From Chlorokybus atmophyticus (taxonomy: Eukaryota > Plantae > Mesostigma and Chlorokybus algae): 64,000 nt of DNA. Both the position numbers and the translations under genes were made by a program. Where the stretch lies: the NCBI GenBank assembly GCA_009103225.1, contig RHPI01002503.1, positions 1,293,987 to 1,357,986 on the forward strand, written 5' to 3'. Below the pieces are notes generated by a model. That model saw nothing but the letters and a program-made list of their open reading frames with translations, did no database searches and was not told where the DNA came from. Below, piece by piece: positions 37,860 through 55,876 of this stretch (its first letter is position 1; every line of letters begins with the position of its first letter).

Positions 37860-39260
37860 AGAGAGCATGTGTGCAAAGACACAATGCTTACCTTACAAGC
37901 TGTTAGAGAGTGAACCGCTCGAGGCATGCCGATTGTCAACGGCATGCGCACTGGCATCATACAGGGCAAATGGAGTCCATATACTCAGACTTGCACCCTT
38001 CTGAATGTGCTGGGGGTGCAAGCTTCATGACACATCTACAGCCCCACAGAATCATCAGTACTACTATCGCAGCTGCATTTGTTCATTCTCAAGACCGTGC
38101 ATGACACTGCTGCGTTGGGGTAACGCCTGACCTGGCAGCTGTGCTCCGTTGTGAAGAAAGAGCGCTGGACGTCAACTCTGCAGTAGTTAGAGTTGGAGGC
38201 AATTCTCCTGCAAGCAATGAGGCAATGTCAGTGAGTTATGTCACACAAGTCCGATGTTTGTTGACGATGGATGGGCTGGTGCATAGGTACAACTGACGTA
38301 TGCTCACACTGATACTAGCACAATGGTAACAGCAACAACAGCACTGACAACGATGTTGGCATCCACCTGCTCTGCGTCTGTGGTCATCCGTCGGTGTGCA
38401 GCACATCTTGTATATGTAGTAGTACGCTGTCACGCCAGAGGTGGTAACCGCAATGAACACCACGCAAACAAACCTCTGGGCCGTACTCACGTGTGACCCC
38501 AGTGGCGGCCATCGTTGCGGGGACTCCCCGCCGATAGCCAGCAAACTAGCAGTCGACATTGCTTGCGGACAGGCGTGTCGATGACACGTTGTAGGACGCT
38601 CTGTAAGCTTCACACAAGGAGAAGGATTGTCAGGTGTCGATGGATGTGCACAGCATACACAATCCACTTGCTCAGCAACACCAGTCAACACATGCTACTC
38701 AAGCACCTGTAGGGAAAGAGACAGGCTCAACTCAATTGCACAGACTCAACGGTGATGTGTGACTGGTGTATACACTTGAGAAGCGGTGCTTCTATGTTCA
38801 GACCTACCAGGAGCGTTGAACGTGTTCACCACAGTAGCAGGACCAACACGAGCATACATGTGCGTGCCTGCATGCGCGCATGTGTGGTGTATCTGCACTG
38901 CAGCAATTTTGTCACATGCGAGAACATCAGTTGTGCCTTTGTATGCGTGCTATGCTGCCCAGGCAGTATGGCTATCGCTGTTACAGACCTTGAGACAGGA
39001 CAGAAGCACACCCAGAGTCAAGCAAACTCAGTGACCTGGCAAGACCATTCGCAGGCACTCTCACAACACACAGTGCATTCAACCACTGAATGCCTGCCTG
39101 CTACTGGCACTCTCACAGACCTCTGTGTCTGTCTCTTCGTGTCTGGTCCTACGTCCTTGTCGCCTTTGGTTGGTGTGGGCGCGTGTGTGTAAGCAGAGTG
39201 TACTTGCAAGTAGTAGAGAGTGTGTATCTGTGCAATGCTGCATAGCGGCGGCGCTACATA
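37860..39260 (-). pseudogene. Degenerate copy of the single-pass TM gene of the duplicated module
   Basis: Alignable by eye to 41970-43030 (same strand) and to the reverse complement of 59300-60900. Minus-strand translation gives FVCVVFIAVTTSGVTAYYYIYKMCC..RRRAG, then ANIVVSAVVAVTIV after a frameshift. Stops present. Confidence 0.55.
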
Positions 39261-40675
39261 CATGCGTGTGTCCAGAAACCCCGTCATGTTGGTCGTAGAT
39301 TCAAGACAGCACCAGAATCAGAACCAGAAGGAAACATGCATGCCACTCTACGAGAGGAATCCGCCGTCGCATACGGGTGTCAGCATGGTTATCATGGTTT
39401 TAAGGTGGTCACTGTGATGTTATAGCAATGCTTTCATGCTTCTGTGCTGGCACATGTTACTCCACAACAGTCATTCAAGAACCGTTACAAACGACAAATG
39501 TTTTGAAAGAAGCATCAAAGAGTTGTTGCTATTGATTACATCATTCACCGTTGTGTAGTTAGTAAGCTTGAGTTCAACGTGCAATGGCAGATACCAAGAT
39601 GCATAAAACATTATTTATGCAATAAGAAGTAAGTATATAATGAAGTAGGGGGGGGCCTAAACTACAAGCAGAACCCAGCGGATTGATCATTCAATAGTAT
39701 TGCTTGGTATCTGTGTATTGGTCATTGTTGCGCACAACACGTGCAAAGCGTTGGATACGTGCGCGTTGAGTAAGTGAGTGTTGTCAAATGCTGCGCACAC
39801 GTACCATGTATGTTATCATTCATGAGTGCGTATCATTGCGCATTCCCTGAAGGCCACGGTTATCACATGGTCATCGGCAATGGTTGCGCATGCGTGTGCT
39901 TACTTACTAGCATGGGTAGTACCCATGCCCTCATGCATGCCTCAGCGTCACAAACGGTGCGCTTGTTCGCACTGTCTTATGTTATGTCATACCAATATGC
40001 ATGACTCACTTGGCAAGTTTGTGTGCACAGGCAAGCATATGTGTCGTTGCTTCCATGCAATGTTGCATGGCAAGCAATATTATGGCGCGAACATGAACCC
40101 CAGACACTGAACAGTGTCCGAGGTTCATCGCTGACACAATTCGGGCGCATGTACCGCCCGCGCAGCCCCAGGCAAGTGGACGTACAACGCTCCCATCCCT
40201 TTGCGTGTACAGTGGCATGTTGGTGCAGAATATACACTAAACAACAAACACTTAGCTGGCCCTGGCATGCATTGCCAAATGAAGCTTTGTGTGCCATTGC
40301 TATTGTTTTTGTGAATGGCAACTGTGCGCCGGCCTGCATCAGACGGGCTTTGGATAAGTTTCATGAGTACACTGGTGCCCAAGCTTCCCCTACGGAGCTT
40401 GGACAACGGTGTGGTTACACGTTTGCAGCTGCTCTGAGTAAAGGGTAAGAGCAGCGTGGCTACCGTGGCAGAAGGAGCTCTGCAGGCTGCTCTGGGCACA
40501 TGAGCTGGCCGACGCGCATGCCCACACTCATACGCGTGTATGCGCACACGCACGCACGCACGCACACGCACGCACATGCACATGAACTCGCATGTGTATG
40601 GGTTATAGGTGCACGCATGCATATGCACCCATACATGCACCCGCAGTCCCATGCGCACGCGTACGCAGCACATGC

Positions 40676-40863
40676 ATGCACACCTACCAATTTCTGCGCA
40701 CGTGGGCGTGCCCACACATGCACACACGCACGCAGCCGCACACAGGTACACGCATGAGCGCGCTCACACACATGCACACATATGCCCAAGCATGTGTGAT
40801 CACGAGTCACACACATGCATGCACACCTACCGATGTCTGCGCACGTGGGCGTGCCTACACATG
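40676..40863. repeat. 46-bp direct repeat within CA/TG-rich intron-like sequence
   Basis: catgcacacctaccaatttctgcgcacgtgggcgtgcccacacatg (40676) versus catgcacacctaccgatgtctgcgcacgtgggcgtgcctacacatg (40818). Confidence 0.8.
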
Positions 40864-41969
40864 ACACTCAACTTGTAACATTGCACTCGTGTCTTGCACT
40901 CTCTGCTGCTTTCCGTCCCGTTTCTACTCCTTTCCCCACCACACAACACCACCGATGCCACTCCTCAGCCTTGATGGTGCGTCCCCTCCTGTTGGCTGGT
41001 TCATCCTTGCGTGCGAGTTTGTCGTAGTACGCGTGATCCTGTTTGGTCTTCATGGCAGGCGCAGTTCATCCACAGCTCGATAACCAGACGCAAGCAAGAG
41101 AGCAGGTGGGCTCAGATGTCATGCGTGTGTGCATGTGCGTGCACGCACATGCGTGTGACGTAATAATGATAATAGTAATGTAAACGTAAAGTATAATAAC
41201 CAAGAAACATGTTGCACAACGCATGACAACATAACCGGACAATCTGATGAGGCCACCGATTCACTCTTTCCAAACTCGTTCCTCTGGCGGCTGCAGGGCT
41301 TGCACGCGCCGGAACTGCTCACGCTCGTTGACGTGGAAGAGGTGGGCTCCATGACTGCTGTGCGTGTGCGCGCGCGTGTACGCGTTGACTGCGCATGCGT
41401 GCGTGTTTGCAGTTAGCATGCGTGCGTGCGTTTTGTTTCACGCGCACTTGTGTGGTTCTGTGTGAAGCGCGGAGTCACTGCATCAGCTCCTGGGGACATC
41501 ACTTCAGGTGCGTGTCCGTGTTGAGCTATGCTGCGACAGCAACCGAGAGAGAAAGCTATAGGCGCCGAGAGTAATGAAACGTTGAAAAGCACACAATCTT
41601 ACCGATTACAAGCATGCTATGCAGGCTGTTTCTTCGACTACCACTGTACATCTATGAGCGCATTGTAAGCAACCACACCACACGCAGCTTTGACATAGCA
41701 ACCAGGTAAGGACGGTCGTATGTACATGACCTTGAATGAAGTAGATATGGTGCAGGTATCGCAGTAGTGAGAATAACCACCGCGATATGCTACAGCTGGA
41801 AGCGCAAAGGTTGCACAACATGTGAGGTGTTCATGCGCTGGAGTCACTACTGGACGCAACACAAGGCACGCACATAGTTAGCAGGGTTGGGACACATGTG
41901 CAGCTTGTGTTACCATGACTGTGAGCAAAGGCAAAAAAGCTGTTGCAACTGTGTAGTGTATACATGCAT

Positions 41970-47839
<5,870 letters not shown>

Positions 47840-47999
47840 CGCATAGTAGTTTATGTTGCTTGCTTATGCAAGTGTCATGCTTGCAATTGAAGCTCAAGAG
47901 TGCAAAGTGTGAACGTGTGTGCAAACAAAAGTGCTGAAGCATACAAGCAAGCGCAATAGCATTACAACAGCAAGACAGACATTTAGGGGCACAGAGCTC

Positions 48000-48200
48000 A
48001 GAGAGTGAGCTGTACACGACACTGACTAAACTACAAACCAAGGTAGGCTGGCAAGGAAGGATGTCAGCACCACCTGCGCAGCAGAAGTGTAGGTGTCAGG
48101 ACCGGCGCAGCTGCAGTAGTCAACGATGACAACCGCAACGATGTCGACGATGACGTTTGCTGATCCAGCCCGCGCCGGGGGCCCCGTCGTCGCCATGCTT
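48000..48200 (-). pseudogene. Possible further fragment of the TM gene family
   Basis: Translation PARAGSANVIVDIVAVVIVD resembles RRAG-ANIVVSAVVAVTIV (38.4 kb), VCADVVVRAVVAVT (42.6 kb) and VCANVVAKAVVAV (60.3 kb). Confidence 0.3.
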
Positions 48201-48953
48201 GTGTTGCAAGTCACAACCGCAGCATTGCATACATTGTAGACACGGCCTCCTGGGCAAGTAATGTGACTATGGCAATTGCTTGGGGGGGCATGCATGTTGA
48301 GATAGTGGCGGTAGAAGCGGCACATAACGTGGTGGGGATAAAGATGGTGAGATGGTCGCTGCATACTGCAACTGTGTTAAGCATGCTTGCAAATATACTG
48401 TGATGTGCAAACAATAGATATAATGAACTGCATGTGCAATGATGATAGCATGTATAGCGGTCTACCGAATACACACACAATGGTACATGACTACAATCAC
48501 TATTGCTGTACATGGGCATGGGCATGGGCACTCTATTGTAACCTTAGGCGCAACACAATGCCGAGGGGTTGCGTATCATTCTGAACATGCCACTACAACT
48601 GGCTCACCATGACTCACACTTCCCGCCCTTGACTTGCCAACCGTTGGCAACATGTCTTGCATCTTTGAGTTGGTGTCGTGACCTATGATATCTATTGCTG
48701 TTGTGTCACACAGTGCATGACAACCACCATAACATGTACAAGCTTAAGGGTACAATTCAGCGCCAGATGTCCTATTGCATGCGAAACTGCCACCAACATC
48801 TCACAGACTTGCTGGAATGTCTTGGATCACCTAAGATCAGCTCTGCAGTATACGCAGTCACACAAACGGTCACCAACAGTCTAACCCTGCACCCGCATTG
48901 AAAGTGGTGCCAACATTGCACCACCAACCGCATGCTCAATCACACCTACGACG

Positions 48954-51041
48954 TCAGCCTGCCAAGCGACGTTGCTCTACGACTTCGCGTATAATAGCTA
49001 GATGCGCTGATGTCGGCGCGGTCACGACAGGTTCTTCACCCCAGCGGCTGGTGAAAGCGGCTTGATCGATGTCTCGCGACCACGCATAAGATGCCCGGAC
49101 TCCAAGAAGGTTTGCTGCAACCATCGCATCAAATGCAGTTGCGCCTACGATGTCTTTCAGGTCTTGCATAGGGGTGGCTCCATACGGGGACGCTAAAATG
49201 GCGTGGACAGCCACGGCAAAGTCTGTCTTCCCATACTCGACATCATGTGTAGGCGTGAACCCTGCTCGAACATCTTGCCGGATCCCGGCAACGATTGCTC
49301 CAACCGCTGCGCAAGAACAGTACTCTTAAACCACCTTGAAGAACCAACAAATGTTTATTTAATGCGCTTGCAATGCGTTCACACTAGTGTAGTACTTTAA
49401 GCCAAACATCATACCCCATGTAAGCTCTTCAACAACCGTGTCAATGTTGACACACTTACCTTGCTGCCACAACTTGCAGCGCATGTACTCAATTGCGAGA
49501 TCCTTGAGCAAACCTGCATGTCCGCCACATGCCTGTAGACACACACTACCATCAGCAAACAATGTCACTTGCAAAACTAGACATGTGCAACGTGCAGGGT
49601 ACACACATCATGTACGTAGGTCCACTCATCATCAGTTAAAGCTCCGCTGTGATAGCGCGACTGCAATTGCTGCGCAAGGTACTGTCGCGCGTCCCCTTGT
49701 GAAAACTCGCCTATCGAGTAAACCCTGCAAAACTGGTCTAGTCCTGCAGCCACGCCGTGCATGCGTCAGCGGACAAACTGTGGGAGGTGACATGAAGGTC
49801 ATAGTCATCACCACAACACAATTGTAGTAGTCAAACAATAATACTAGATAAATTGCACATTCTCTAGACCCAATGCAGGCCTGCTCAAGTTGCCTGCAGA
49901 AGCTCCACACATCACAAACATACGCAGCATTGCCACATTGCCGTCATCACCACACAGGCATGTACAACTTACTTTGCCCGATCCAATTGATGAACCCATA
50001 TTCCGAGGACACAAGTATGACGTGATACTGTCCTTCTTGCTTTGCCACAAGCACGAGGAACCTCAGCAGTTGGTTGAGCTCCTCAGGGTACTGGTGAGAC
50101 CATGCCATCAACACGTTGGCCTCATCAATAACGAGGACAGGAATTTTGCGAGCTGCCGACACCGCGCCTTCTGCCGTCTGTGCCTTTCGCCACTCCTCTA
50201 GGATGGCGGTGAGTGCTTCCAAAGCCGCCGAAAGGGAGATAGGCTGGGCGTCCAATGCGCGATCAGCGGTCCCGGATGAAGCTAGTTTTCCCTTGAATCT
50301 CCTGAGCACATTGTTCAGCTTAATGCCAAATGTCGCGTTGCCCGCCTCTTCAGTAGTTGTAGCCAGAGCGTTCAATGCGACCCTCGCCACAGGCCGGGCA
50401 GTCTTGCTGGCCAATGCGGAGAGGGTGTCTGCTGGCAGTTGCAGACCAAAAGCTGGCACAGGAATTGTCAACAAAGCGTAGGCCAAGTCGCGAGGCGTTG
50501 TCACAGAAACTGCTCTGCAGTCGATGTAGCTGCGCGTCCCCTCCAGGCCCCTCTGCTGAACAAACGCCTTCAGAATCTTTGTCTTGCCGCAGGAGCGCGG
50601 GCCGTGGATCACAGCAACCCTTGTCGGAACGTCGCTGCACAGTGTTTCCAGCTGCTCCAGCTCGTATTCACGGTTGAACAGTTCTTCCGAAAAGATGTTC
50701 CCTGCGGTAACGGGGTCACTGACCACAGCATAGCATGTGGTAATGTGTCTTGTCTAGATACATGCATATACCAGTGCAGCAGATAAACAGGCCAGGCAGG
50801 AGTTCAGACCCACACTGCAATGCCTGTTAATTAAAGGCATGATATTTCCACCTTTGTTGGTGCTGCTAGGTGAAGCGGTTGCTTGAACAGTTGCTGTGTG
50901 ACGAGTGGTAAAGCGCGCACCGGCTTGGCGTCCTTGCCGTAGTCGCTGCCGCTGTTGCGGAAAGACAGACGAGGAGACAGAACCGAGAGGCCTCTTGCCA
51001 GAGACTGCTGCTGGCTGCATCACACACGCAGACAAAGCCAT
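48954..51041 (-). CDS. Archaeal-ATPase-like (ATPase_2 / STAND-type) P-loop NTPase with transit-peptide-like N-terminus; apparently intact
   Basis: Exon 51041-50852 (MALSACVMQPAAVSGKRPLGSVSSSVFPQQRQRLRQGRQAGARFTTRHTATVQATASPS: S/T/R/A-rich, no acidic residues). Exon 50701-49973 (LFNREYELEQL, Walker A GPRSCGKT, Walker B VLVIDEAN, HVILVSSE). Three further in-frame exons (YSIGEFSQGDARQYL, CGGHAGLLKDL, FDAMVAANLLGVR) lead to the stop at 48954. Confidence 0.85.
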
Positions 51042-54000
51042 GACTACACGCGCGTGCAAAGGGGAGCTGCCGCCTGCACACCAAAAACACTTACTTGATC
51101 TTTTGCTCAACAATCAAGAATGCGGATGCCTGCTGCGAAATCAATTATGCACACACAGAAATTTGCTGCGTAATAATGCATGTGGTGCGTGGCCACTATG
51201 CCGAGTACTTCAGTACTACCACAGGCATAGATCCAGTTCAAAACAATGCATGTTGACACACACGCCCAGCGCAAATGCACAGGAAAGGCTTGCAGACGTG
51301 ATAATGGGCATAGCACCAATTGTACTGCACACGAGCGCCAACAAATGCACATGGCTGCATGAAAGTACTACACGGCAAGAAAGTCATGCTAGCCCCTCCC
51401 CCCCCCCCTCTGTGGCATTGCAGAGCGGGACGCGTCCAGGTTGCATTAATTCAACAAGCCGCAAGCATGGCCATGTGCAAACAGTGGGTTAGCTGTGCTG
51501 TCCGCAAACCCGGACTCCAACCACAGGAATGATCCTCAGCAAGCAGCATACGTGTGGGATTCGAGGCGAGCTGACACCCCGCACACGCACATGTACATTT
51601 GCTTTCCCTGAAAACCACACAGCACATGCACCGGGTGAAGACTGTTCCCGTCGCTCACACCCTACTTTCTCTCCCTCGCTCGCCCCTGCACATCGCATCC
51701 ACAGCGGTGCTTACCTCACCGGGTGGGACGCGGAGACAGCCGTCGCTTGTCTGATGGCTGGACTCCTCCTTGTCGTCCTGCCCCTGCCCCTGCCCCTTAA
51801 CGACGACTATGTCGTCCGCCGCCCCCGCCGCCCCACTCGCTGTGCTACAACACTGACTAGTACAGGAGGGCGAGAGACTCCAAGACAGAGCAACGAGACG
51901 AGTCCAGCGCCGCTTGATAAGTTGCTTCTTTGCTTGAAGCGGAGCTGAGCGGCGATGAGGAGGAGGATGAGGAGGAGGAGGACGGGAATGGTTACCCTGC
52001 GGATGGTGATCTCGCGAGCTTGCTGAGTTTGCAGGGGTGACGACGTTGGAGGTTAGCAACACGCTGCCTGACAGAGAGATTTTTCTGCAGCAGCATTCAG
52101 CATGCGCCTGTGCGCCTGAGTCAGTGCATGTGAGCGTGGGTGTAAGCCTAGAAGTTCATGTTACACTGGCAATTTGTACGCTGAACACGCGTTTCCCTCG
52201 CACACAGTGCCAGCATAGAGCATACCATCCCGCACACACTCGGCAACACAACTACCAACCAGCAAACCAACCGACAAACAGTCTCAACAAACAAACACAC
52301 CCAACCATTTGAGCGCACACCAGCCACCTCAGCTCTAAAGCAACGCAAACCCACCAAGGATCAAGGAAGGTGTGTGTGCACAACATAGCAGCTGATGTTG
52401 TTGGGGATGTCTGTGGTTCGCAGAGTAAAAGTGGATGTGCAACGTACAAGTGATGACAACATTGAGCATCATCACCAAGTGGATAGGCGGTTGCGCTACC
52501 ATTGACCAAGTGAGTGTTGTTATACTGTGACCTCACATACCGAGCGTGCTGGCGCACACGCACGCTCACACGCATGTAGGCTTACATGCACAAGCATGCG
52601 TACACGCACAGGTCAAAGCAAAGTGTGCCCACCTCACCCAGGCATGCGCAGGGTGTGCATTTGCTGCAGCCTGGAGCAAAGCACCAAAGCGGGTGGAGTG
52701 GAAGCCAACGGCGGGTCAGCAAGTTGGGGTGTCAATCTTAAACACGACCACCCAGGTGAGTCGTTGGAACAGCACAGGTGATGAGTATTTGGCTCTGTGT
52801 GTGTGTGTTTGCGTGTGCGCGAGTGCGCTTGTGCACGCACACGCATGCGCACGTGCGCAGTTTGTCAAAAAATGTGATACCTTTGTGTGCGCATTGGCTG
52901 ACTGCGCATCATAACACTGGTCTCTAGTTGAGCGAGCATGAGGCCAACCTTCTGTGCAAACTCAAGGTTGCAAAGGTTCTGAACTCCTAATGCTTCAATG
53001 GACCTGGACCACACGCTATTCACCTCCGCCTCGCCACGCGGACCTGACCCAGGAAGACATGTCCAAGTTGGAGAGCATGCTATGTTGCGTTACTGTACCA
53101 CCTCAAGCACCTGGCCATCTGGATCAAGCTGAGACCATGCGTGAGGGAGTTTATGCGGAGGGCGGGGGAGAGGCACTTCGTATTTGTGTACACGATGGGG
53201 GAACGCGTGTACGCCGACAGATGGCGAGGGTGCTTGATTGGACGGACTGGGTTGTTGACCTACACGTGTTATCTCTCGCATTCAACAGCACCGGCCGCAC
53301 GCTAGAGGAGCTCGATATCGTGCTCATGGCAGACACTGCTGTCCTCAGTCTTCCGTTCACGTACTGTGTGAGATTTGCGTTTAGGACACACCAACACGCA
53401 CACGCACGCATGAGCACATGCGCAAGCGCAAACATCCGCACCCATATGCTTGCGTGCGCAACAGTGTATCATACAATTGCACGCATGGATGCTCACGAGT
53501 GTATGTGTCGTGCAGGGGCGACCAAAGCGCAGAGCCAATCTCATTGTGTTTGAGCGCTATCACTACTTCCCAAGCCGCCAACTGCCAGTTCGTCTTGCCG
53601 GTAGTACCGGTAGGACTCGTTGTGTAACAAACTTGTTGTGTCATGCATTGCATCCAAGTGTGCAATCTCTCTGTACAGGGCTCGTCCGTGTTTGGCTCGG
53701 GATACGACGAAGACTCGCAGAAGGGGATGCATCCCAGCATATTGGACGTGACTGTGCAACATCCATGAAGCTTTTTTCTCCTTGTCAAGACAAGTGCACA
53801 CTCAGACTTGCTTACTGCTTGTGTGAGGGTTTGTTAATTTGCATAGTTTGTCGCACTGAAGGCTTCTGTTAAAGACTCTGAGCTCGACTTGCTTAAGCAT
53901 GATGACGTGAGGTGAATGTTGCATGTCGAGGCCGTCGATCAAGCCACAGAGTAGGTTGATATGCTAATTACAAGGAGGTGCGTTGTTGTTTGTGCGCATG

Positions 54001-54537
54001 CAGAGTTGCGCGTTTGATGTTGGCCGCCATGACAGGTGAAGTGGGAACGTAAGCACCGGATGGTTGGAGTATGGCACTTTGTTCTGGAAGCACGCGCTGG
54101 ACCAAGAGTTTGCACTCATGGAGGACACTGCTCATGTGCATGGCATGTCTGTAAATTAAGTTAAGCGGCATATCGAGTATGCAAGCTACCTAAGAGTTCA
54201 ATGCTTGTTTGCTTGCAGTATGTTTTGCAAACGAGGCGAGTAGAGCACAAGCAATGATAGAACTTGCGAAATTGTTTTGTTATGGCTTGCAACTACGATG
54301 CCATATGGGCACGCATGTCGTTGTGAGTCACAACTTGTGACATCAATCACTGTAGGAGACATGTATACACATACGTCAACAACAACTTTTGCACGGGTGA
54401 CCCGGTTGGGGAGCAGCAGCAAGCAGTGGCGACAAACAATAATGCGCAAACAAAAGGCAATGCCAGTAGTGTACCATGCCAGTAGTCTATGAGCGGGTGC
54501 TTGGCTGCTACGCACACGCTCCCACCCGACCTGCAGA

Positions 54538-54588
54538 GTCTATTCGACTCGGTGATACGTGTGACACGTATCACCGAGTCGGATAGAC
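54538..54588. repeat. Near-perfect 51-bp palindrome/hairpin
   Basis: cgactcggtgatacgtgt-g-acacgtatcaccgagtcg is a perfect 18-bp stem (54545-54581), extendable to 25 bp with one G-T pair. Confidence 0.95.
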
Positions 54589-54691
54589 ACACGCCGGCGC
54601 TTCAACAACTGGAGGTTAATGTCTGGATGTGCTCATCCACTGCAACATCAAGATCTTCCCACCTGTGTGTCGACTGCTATACAGAGGTGGG

Positions 54692-55082
<391 letters not shown>

Positions 55083-55876
55083 NCAAAGCGACCGGCAAAG
55101 CCACCTGCAACTCGCCATGTACACCACCCTACATTCACCACACACCTCAGTCGGTGGTCCACTCTCACAGTCAGACGTGCAGTTGCAAAGCAATGCGTCA
55201 TGTGGCTCGGGCTACCATGCGGCGACGCACTTGGCCACACACGATGAGTAGAGATAGCCCCGGCGGTGCCGGCATGCTGCAGATTTATACAGGGGTGAGG
55301 GCGTGTATGTGTGTGGTTGTGCAAAGCATGTGTCAATGAGTAGTCGTGTACACTGCGGAAACACACAAGGTGTTGAAATGACTCAATGGCAGTGCATGGT
55401 CAATGCCCCTCAAGGTCTTTGTAGATTCCTTGTGCGTCCGGCTAGGTGCAGCACAATAAATCTACAAAGTTATATGCATCTTTGCGGACGCAGCACAAGG
55501 ATTGGCTTGTAGCAGCGTGCATGAGCCTGCTGCATGCTGTGTGGTTTGTGTGAGGTGTCTGGTAGTGAGCGACTGGCGCTTTGTGAAAGCAATGTGCTCG
55601 CCTAAAATAGTTACTTGCGTACATATGATCTAGCAAGCATTTGAACTTCATGGTTAAACCGGTGTACAATATACTTAGGCGTTATTGCTGCATGTGCATT
55701 GCATTGCAAATCTTTTCCAAACAACTGCACACCACAGGCAGCACATATAGGGTCCATATATCAACTCCTGCATGCATTGCAAAACTATGGTCAATATGTG
55801 GCAGCGTGCGGGCAAAGGATGCATACACATGGCATCCATTCTTGTATGTGGCTGCAGCGTTTTGTCACTGCAATGA

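Noticed and set aside
52900-53800. Possible KDZ/Zisupton-like transposase on the minus strand (GSGPRGEAEVNSVWS, VFVVSRAKHG)
   Set aside because: Only a loose resemblance, with stops in all minus frames. The plus strand has a longer open frame, consistent splice sites and LxxLxL motifs that continue the flanking gene.
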